64,000 bases of DNA from Truepera sp. (lineage in GTDB: Bacteria > Deinococcota > Deinococci > Deinococcales > Trueperaceae), in contig CBDCKW010000009.1 in the NCBI GenBank assembly GCA_965218435.1, positions 3,136,001-3,200,000 on the forward strand, read 5' to 3'. The notes under the pieces were generated by a model. That model did not search any database and was not told the DNA's origin. It saw only the letters and a program-made list of their open reading frames with translations. Shown here piece after piece: positions 59,140 to 64,000 of the stretch (positions within the stretch are counted from its first letter, which is position 1; each line of letters starts with the position of its first letter). The translations under genes and the position numbers were made by a program.

Positions 59140-60972
59140 ATGGACCTCAGCAAAGACGTCGTTCTCAAAGAAAACTACACTTTTCTCGTCGCTGACGCCG
59201 CCGGACAGATTACGGGTGGCGAACACGGGCTTTACAACCGCGATACTCGCTTCTTAAACCGTTACAGCTGGTCTTTGGGCGAGGATATTCAGGCTCTCTT
59301 AGTCTATACGCCGCGCCCGGACACCCTTACGGCGCACTACGCGCTGATAGGGGGACCGTCGCAAGTTTTGGGGATTGAGCGGCAGCTTAACGTACATGCG
59401 GGCGGCATTACAGATAGTTTAGAGCTGCAAAACACCGGTTCTGAGCCTCGAGACGTCACCCTTAAACTCACGGTGGCGGGCGACTTTGCCGATATGTTCG
59501 AGGCTAGGGGCTGGGACAAGTTAGAACGCACGCCGGTCAAGCTTCAAAAGGAGGGTGAGACGTTTGCGCTGCGTTACGAAGCGCAAGACGGGGCACAGGT
59601 GGGAACGGTGCTGGGGCCATCCCAAACCCCCAACGATGTACAGGCGTACACACTCGTATTTAGACTGACGCTGGCCCCCAAAGAAGTGCGTACGCTCAGC
59701 GTTACCGTCACGCTGCAGACGCTGGGCGAAGACTATCCGGGCGTCGGTTACGAGACGTGGCTCGAGGGGTTTTCAACACTGCCAACACTTTCGCAGCGTC
59801 ATCAAGAAGTCTTGACCCAAGCTCAAAAAGACCTCCGCGCCCTGCTGCTCTTTACCGAACACGGCCCGTATTTAGCCGCAGGCATCCCCTGGTACGTCGC
59901 CGCTTTTGGCCGGGACGCGCTCTTAGCCGCTTCGATGCTCTTGCCTCATCATCCGGAGGTCGCTGAGGGTGTGTTGCGTTACCTTGCGGCCTATCAGGGC
60001 AAAAAATACGACAAGGTAACCGCTGAAGCCCCCGGCAAGATCATGCATGAGCTGCGTTTTGGTGAGCTGACGCGGTTGGGCGAGACGCCCTTCGGCCCTT
60101 ATTACGGCACCGTGGACGCGACTGCCCTGTTTGTCATGCTCCTCTATCAGCTCTACGAGCAAACCGGTGACTTGACGCTCGTTCAGGAGTTGCGCCCGCA
60201 CTGGGAAGCGGCGCTAACTTGGATGACTGAGATTGCCGACGCCGATGGGGACGGGTTTCTCGAGTTCAGTGGCGCGGGCGAAAAAGGGTTAGCGGTGCAA
60301 ACCTGGAAAGACTCGAGAGACTCGCTCAGTCACCGTAACGGACAGCTGGCGGAGGGGGCGATTGCCGGGAGTGAAGTCCAGGGTTACGCTTACGCCGCCT
60401 ACCGCGCCGCCGCCGACTTTTACGACGCGCTCGGTCAAGGTGAGGACGCACAAAGCTGGCGTGAACGTGCCGAAGGGCTCAAAAGCTCGTTTCACGACCG
60501 CTTTTGGTTGGACGAGCTGCAGACCTACGCGCTGGCGCTGGACGGCAACAAGTGTCCCTTAGAGGTGCAGAGCTCGAACGCCGGACAGCTGTTATGGACC
60601 GGCATCGTCCCGGACGACACCGCACCCAAACTCGTTAAAGCGCTCTTTTCAGACCCGAATTGGTCAGGCTGGGGTATCCGCACGCTCGGCAGCGGTGAGG
60701 TGCGTTACAACCCGGTGTCGTATCACAACGGCTCGGTGTGGCCGCACGACACGGCGCTGATTGCAGGCGGCTTGGCACGTTACGGTTTCGAAGAAGAGGC
60801 GGCGCAAATCCGCGCGGCGCTTTTTGACTTGGCCTCGAGCCAGAGCGACCACCGCCTCCCCGAACTCGTCGCCGGTTATCCCAGAACGGCGGCCCCACCC
60901 ATTCCTTACCCGGTCGCGTGCCGCCCCCAAGCGTGGGACGCAGCGGCGCTGCTCTATCTGCTGACGTTATAA
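59140..60972 (+). CDS. Amylo-alpha-1,6-glucosidase / glycogen debranching enzyme family
   Basis: GLYNRDTRFL, AGIPWY..FGRD, WKDS, YHNGSVWPHD, ACRPQAW. Confidence 0.9.
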   Translation: MDLSKDVVLKENYTFLVADAAGQITGGEHGLYNRDTRFLNRYSWSLGEDIQALLVYTPRPDTLTAHYALIGGPSQVLGIERQLNVHAGGITDSLELQNTGSEPRDVTLKLTVAGDFADMFEARGWDKLERTPVKLQKEGETFALRYEAQDGAQVGTVLGPSQTPNDVQAYTLVFRLTLAPKEVRTLSVTVTLQTLGEDYPGVGYETWLEGFSTLPTLSQRHQEVLTQAQKDLRALLLFTEHGPYLAAGIPWYVAAFGRDALLAASMLLPHHPEVAEGVLRYLAAYQGKKYDKVTAEAPGKIMHELRFGELTRLGETPFGPYYGTVDATALFVMLLYQLYEQTGDLTLVQELRPHWEAALTWMTEIADADGDGFLEFSGAGEKGLAVQTWKDSRDSLSHRNGQLAEGAIAGSEVQGYAYAAYRAAADFYDALGQGEDAQSWRERAEGLKSSFHDRFWLDELQTYALALDGNKCPLEVQSSNAGQLLWTGIVPDDTAPKLVKALFSDPNWSGWGIRTLGSGEVRYNPVSYHNGSVWPHDTALIAGGLARYGFEEEAAQIRAALFDLASSQSDHRLPELVAGYPRTAAPPIPYPVACRPQAWDAAALLYLLTL

Positions 60973-60980
60973 CAAGCGAC

Positions 60981-61147
60981 TAGGCTCTGTTGACATTGAA
61001 AACCAGCCAGCTAGAGGTGTTTGCAGTGTGCCTTATAGAAGCAGTAATTCAGCATGGAAGCGTTGAAGCGTTGCTGGCTGGGCTGAGCAAACAGCGTGTC
61101 TCTCGCACTCGAGACGTGACGAGCAGAGCAAAGGTCAACACGGTCCA
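60981..61147. mobile_element. Candidate MITE-like element
   Basis: Imperfect terminal inverted repeats TAGGCTCTGTTGACATT / AAGGTCAACACGGTCCA around a non-coding interior. Confidence 0.45.
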
Positions 61148-61173
61148 GTGAGCAGCATAGACTCGCTGCTCAC
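61148..61173. terminator. Hairpin between convergent genes
   Basis: GTGAGCAGC-atagactc-GCTGCTCAC; no clear U-tract. Confidence 0.5.
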
Positions 61174-61197
61174 GGTTCGCCTATCAAGTTGTTCTGG

Positions 61198-62178
61198 TTA
61201 TTTTTGTGATTCCGGCAACTCGGAGACTTCGGTGTGTTCAACCTCATCTTCCGGGTCTTTTGATTTAGGGCTCAACAAAGACGCAACGATGCTGATCGCT
61301 AGCGCACCGATGATAATCCCCAAACTCGCCACGATCGGGATGGTGATGTGAAAGTATTCGATCAGCATCTTGACGCCCACGAAGGTCAAGACGAACGCCA
61401 GACCGTAACGCAGATAGACAAACTTGTGAATCACCCCGGCGAGCAAAAAGTAAAGGCTCCGCAAGCCCAGAATGGCAAAGATGTTGCTGGTAAAGACGAT
61501 AAAGGGTTCTTGGGTGATGGCAAAGATGGCCGGAATCGAGTCGAGCGCGAAAACTAGATCGGTCAGCTCGATCATCACGAGAACGAGTAGCAGAGGTGTG
61601 ACCATCCGGCGGCCCGCCTCGAGCACTGTAAACTTCGCCTCCCGGTAACCGTCGGTGACAGGAAATAACCGGCGGACAAAACGGAGTGCGGCGTTTTTTT
61701 CCAGGTCAACCGTGTCGCCTTCGTCGCTAAAAAACATCCTGACGCCTGCAAAGACCAAAAACGCGCCGAAGAGATAGATAACCCAGTGAAAGTTGGCAAT
61801 AAGCGCCGCGCCGAGCGCGATCATCGCGCCGCGCATCACCAGCGCCCCCAAAATACCCCAAAAAAGAACCCGGTGTTGGTACTGTGACGGTACGGCAAAC
61901 GCTGAAAAGATCAGGACAAAAACGAAGATATTATCTACCGAGAGCGAGTATTCGATGAGGTAACCGGTTAAGAACTCGAGTCCAAATCGTGGCCCTGTAA
62001 CAAGATAAAGTCCCAGGTTAAAGAGGAGCGCCAGCGACACCCAAACCGCCGTCCAGGTACCCGCTTCGCGGACACTTACGGTATGCGCCTCGCGGTTAAA
62101 GACGCCCAGATCGAGCGCCAACATCGCCAAGACAAAAACTAAAAAACCGATCCAAAAGACCAGGGGTACCTCGAGCAC
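61198..62178 (-). CDS. TerC/Alx family membrane protein (Mn-related)
   Basis: GYLIEYSLSVDNIFVF, ELTDLVFALDSIPA, LGLRSLYF; start trimmed to GTG 62178 because the longer ORF runs into the riboswitch. Confidence 0.93.
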   Translation of the reverse strand: MLEVPLVFWIGFLVFVLAMLALDLGVFNREAHTVSVREAGTWTAVWVSLALLFNLGLYLVTGPRFGLEFLTGYLIEYSLSVDNIFVFVLIFSAFAVPSQYQHRVLFWGILGALVMRGAMIALGAALIANFHWVIYLFGAFLVFAGVRMFFSDEGDTVDLEKNAALRFVRRLFPVTDGYREAKFTVLEAGRRMVTPLLLVLVMIELTDLVFALDSIPAIFAITQEPFIVFTSNIFAILGLRSLYFLLAGVIHKFVYLRYGLAFVLTFVGVKMLIEYFHITIPIVASLGIIIGALAISIVASLLSPKSKDPEDEVEHTEVSELPESQK

Positions 62179-62219
62179 ACTTGCAACCTTTCCCCGACGT
62201 GGTTTTACCTGCGCCGGTT

Positions 62220-62397
62220 CAGGTCTCGCACTGTTTTCGAACGCCGGAAGAGCCTTGCTCTTCGTGCTGACGACGTTCAACCCCGTTTCTAGTACTACAC
62301 TGCGCTGCGAAATCTACGTTGCAAAATTCACACTGTAAAAGTTGCACCGTAAGCACGGTAAAACCAGCAGCAAAACCGACGGGTGGCTACTCCCCTG
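62220..62397 (-). ncRNA. yybP-ykoY (Mn2+) riboswitch
   Basis: Minus strand reads CAGGGGAGTAGC...CGTCGTCAGCACG-AAGAGC-aag-GCTCTT-CCGGCG...GCGAGACCTG, upstream of a terC gene. Confidence 0.85.
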
Positions 62398-62481
62398 CTT
62401 GGGGCACTATAACAGCTCGTGAGTCCTTCGTGCGAAGGCGTTCTCACGTACTTGTTTGACAAACTTATGCTAGAGCTGCGC

Positions 62482-63180
62482 TTAAAGACGCGCCAATATC
62501 CCGAGCACGACCGCTTTTGCTCGCCGCGCAGCCAGCGGCGTAAAGGTGCGAAAATCCACCTCAGCGCCCCCGTCGGCGCTGTCACTGAGCGAGCGGACGA
62601 TGACAAAAGGAACCCTGGCGCGGCTACACACTTGAGCGGCGGCGGCCCCTTCCATCTCGGCGCAGGCCCCGCCAAACGTTTGGGAGAGAAACGTTACCTT
62701 AGCCGCGTCCGCGATAAATTGGTCGCCTGAAAGTACCCGGCCCGAAACGACCCTGACTTCTCCTGCTGCAACTTCGGCGAGCGCCTGAGCCGACGCTAAC
62801 GCCGCCTTTTGCAACGTCTCGTCAGCCGCCCAGCTGAGCGGTTCTCCCGGAACTTCACCGAGCGCGTAACCGAGCGCCTGCACGTCCACGTCATGCTGCA
62901 GCGCGTCACGGCTGACCACGATGTCTCCGACCCTGAGACCCGGCGCGACCCCGCCCGCAACGCCCGTAAAAATCACGTGCGAGACGCCCTCCAAAACAAG
63001 GGTTTGCGCGAGCGCCGCCGCATTGACCTTACCGACGCCGCACTGTGCGACGAGCACCGGCTTACCTTGCAGAGTTCCGGTATGCAGCGTATACGCGCCC
63101 CGCCGCATTGTCTTTTGTTCCCTTAAGTCGCTTAGAAGCTGCTCGAGCTCTTCTGCCATCGCGCCGATAATTCCAATCAC
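62482..63180 (-). CDS. mtnN: 5'-methylthioadenosine/S-adenosylhomocysteine nucleosidase
   Basis: MIGIIGAMAEE, GVGKVNAA, SGDQF, EMEGAA, RSLSDSAD. Confidence 0.95.
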   Translation of the reverse strand: MIGIIGAMAEELEQLLSDLREQKTMRRGAYTLHTGTLQGKPVLVAQCGVGKVNAAALAQTLVLEGVSHVIFTGVAGGVAPGLRVGDIVVSRDALQHDVDVQALGYALGEVPGEPLSWAADETLQKAALASAQALAEVAAGEVRVVSGRVLSGDQFIADAAKVTFLSQTFGGACAEMEGAAAAQVCSRARVPFVIVRSLSDSADGGAEVDFRTFTPLAARRAKAVVLGILARL

Positions 63181-63235
63181 AGCCTCAGCTTACGCTGCCG
63201 TACCTGAGAACAGCGGCGTAAGTGCCGTTCGAGCA

Positions 63236-63766
63236 TTAAACGAACCGTTCGCGTAACGCCGCCCACACCGCCGGGTCAGCCGTACGAAAGGTCACCTCAG
63301 CCCCTGGAAACCGGAAGCGCACACCGTAAAGCTGTTCTCGGCTCCTAGTTTCTTCTTCAAAAAAACGAACGCCCTGCAGGTCTTTCCAGAGCAGCACCCG
63401 GCGGCTCCGCTGCGGCCAGAAGTTTTGCAGCTCGAGCCCCACCGCCCCGACCGTCAGCCTGACCCCACCGAGCGCCAAAGCGCCAAAAAGCCCGCCGAGC
63501 AGCCCCGGCAACAGCCAAAACGGTGTTTCAGAGAGCGTCGGCAACCGCCCGAACCAACCTAAACTCAGCGCCACCGAATAGAGGTAGACGCCGCACATCA
63601 GTGCGCCCAGCAGCCACACACCTCTGGTTAGCGAACCGGGCGCGTAAAAGGTGAACTGTGTGGGAGTTTGCGAAAGCTGTCGGCGAGCGCGCAAAACGCC
63701 CAAATCCAAAACCCTTGGGTCTAAACTGTCGGCTACAGGTTTGGAAGATAGTTTCGGGCGTCTCAT
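63236..63766 (-). CDS. Hypothetical two-TM protein with PH-like tail
   Basis: Two hydrophobic helices then a beta-rich domain; co-oriented with mtnN. Confidence 0.6.
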   Translation of the reverse strand: MRRPKLSSKPVADSLDPRVLDLGVLRARRQLSQTPTQFTFYAPGSLTRGVWLLGALMCGVYLYSVALSLGWFGRLPTLSETPFWLLPGLLGGLFGALALGGVRLTVGAVGLELQNFWPQRSRRVLLWKDLQGVRFFEEETRSREQLYGVRFRFPGAEVTFRTADPAVWAALRERFV

Positions 63767-64000
63767 CAGAAGTATAAAGCTGGTTTTTACGGTGAGTAGA
63801 CAAAAAAAATCGCGCTCGTGACGAACGCTTTGATTCTTTTAGTTTACACCCGTATGCGTTATCTGTCAAGATTATGCACTCAAACCCGGACAAAAGTCTG
63901 TATATTCATCTTTGAGGTGCTAAAAGCTGAGAAGCTACGTGCTGACAACGCCTTGTTTACGGGGTTAATCATCATGGGTCTATTAAGTGGGTTATGCAAA

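Noticed and set aside
62179..62280. N-terminal extension of TerC in the ORF track
   Set aside because: It overlaps the riboswitch; GTG at 62178 fits the family start better.

Overview
GC-rich bacterial chromosome segment, most likely Deinococcota (Trueperaceae-like). That assignment is inferred from gene content such as the caa3 oxidase with fused subunits I/III, not from a search. Core regions contain a LOV photoreceptor cut by the window edge, lnt, a MASE1-GGDEF-EAL protein, a flippase/three-sulfotransferase/GT4 cluster followed by an N/Q/A-rich repeat lipoprotein, stress-type small proteins, the ctaA-ctaB-caa3-SURF1 respiratory operon, aceEF, a LacI-controlled sugar ABC/debranching-enzyme operon, a yybP-ykoY riboswitch with terC, and mtnN. 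An accessory island of about 16 kb starts right after tRNA-fMet (22020-22096). It carries integrase, IS3-like and IS630 remnants, detox-type cargo and a decaying defence locus: SNF2 helicase pseudogene, intact RHH/PIN toxin-antitoxin pair, frameshifted type III Mod and full-length Res. Toxin, Mod and Res are chained by overlapping stop/start codons. Across the window the palindrome CTCGAG is strongly over-represented and degenerate 14-15 bp tandem repeats recur in intergenic DNA. All calls come from motif reading by eye with no database searches, and frame disruptions could be assembly errors.
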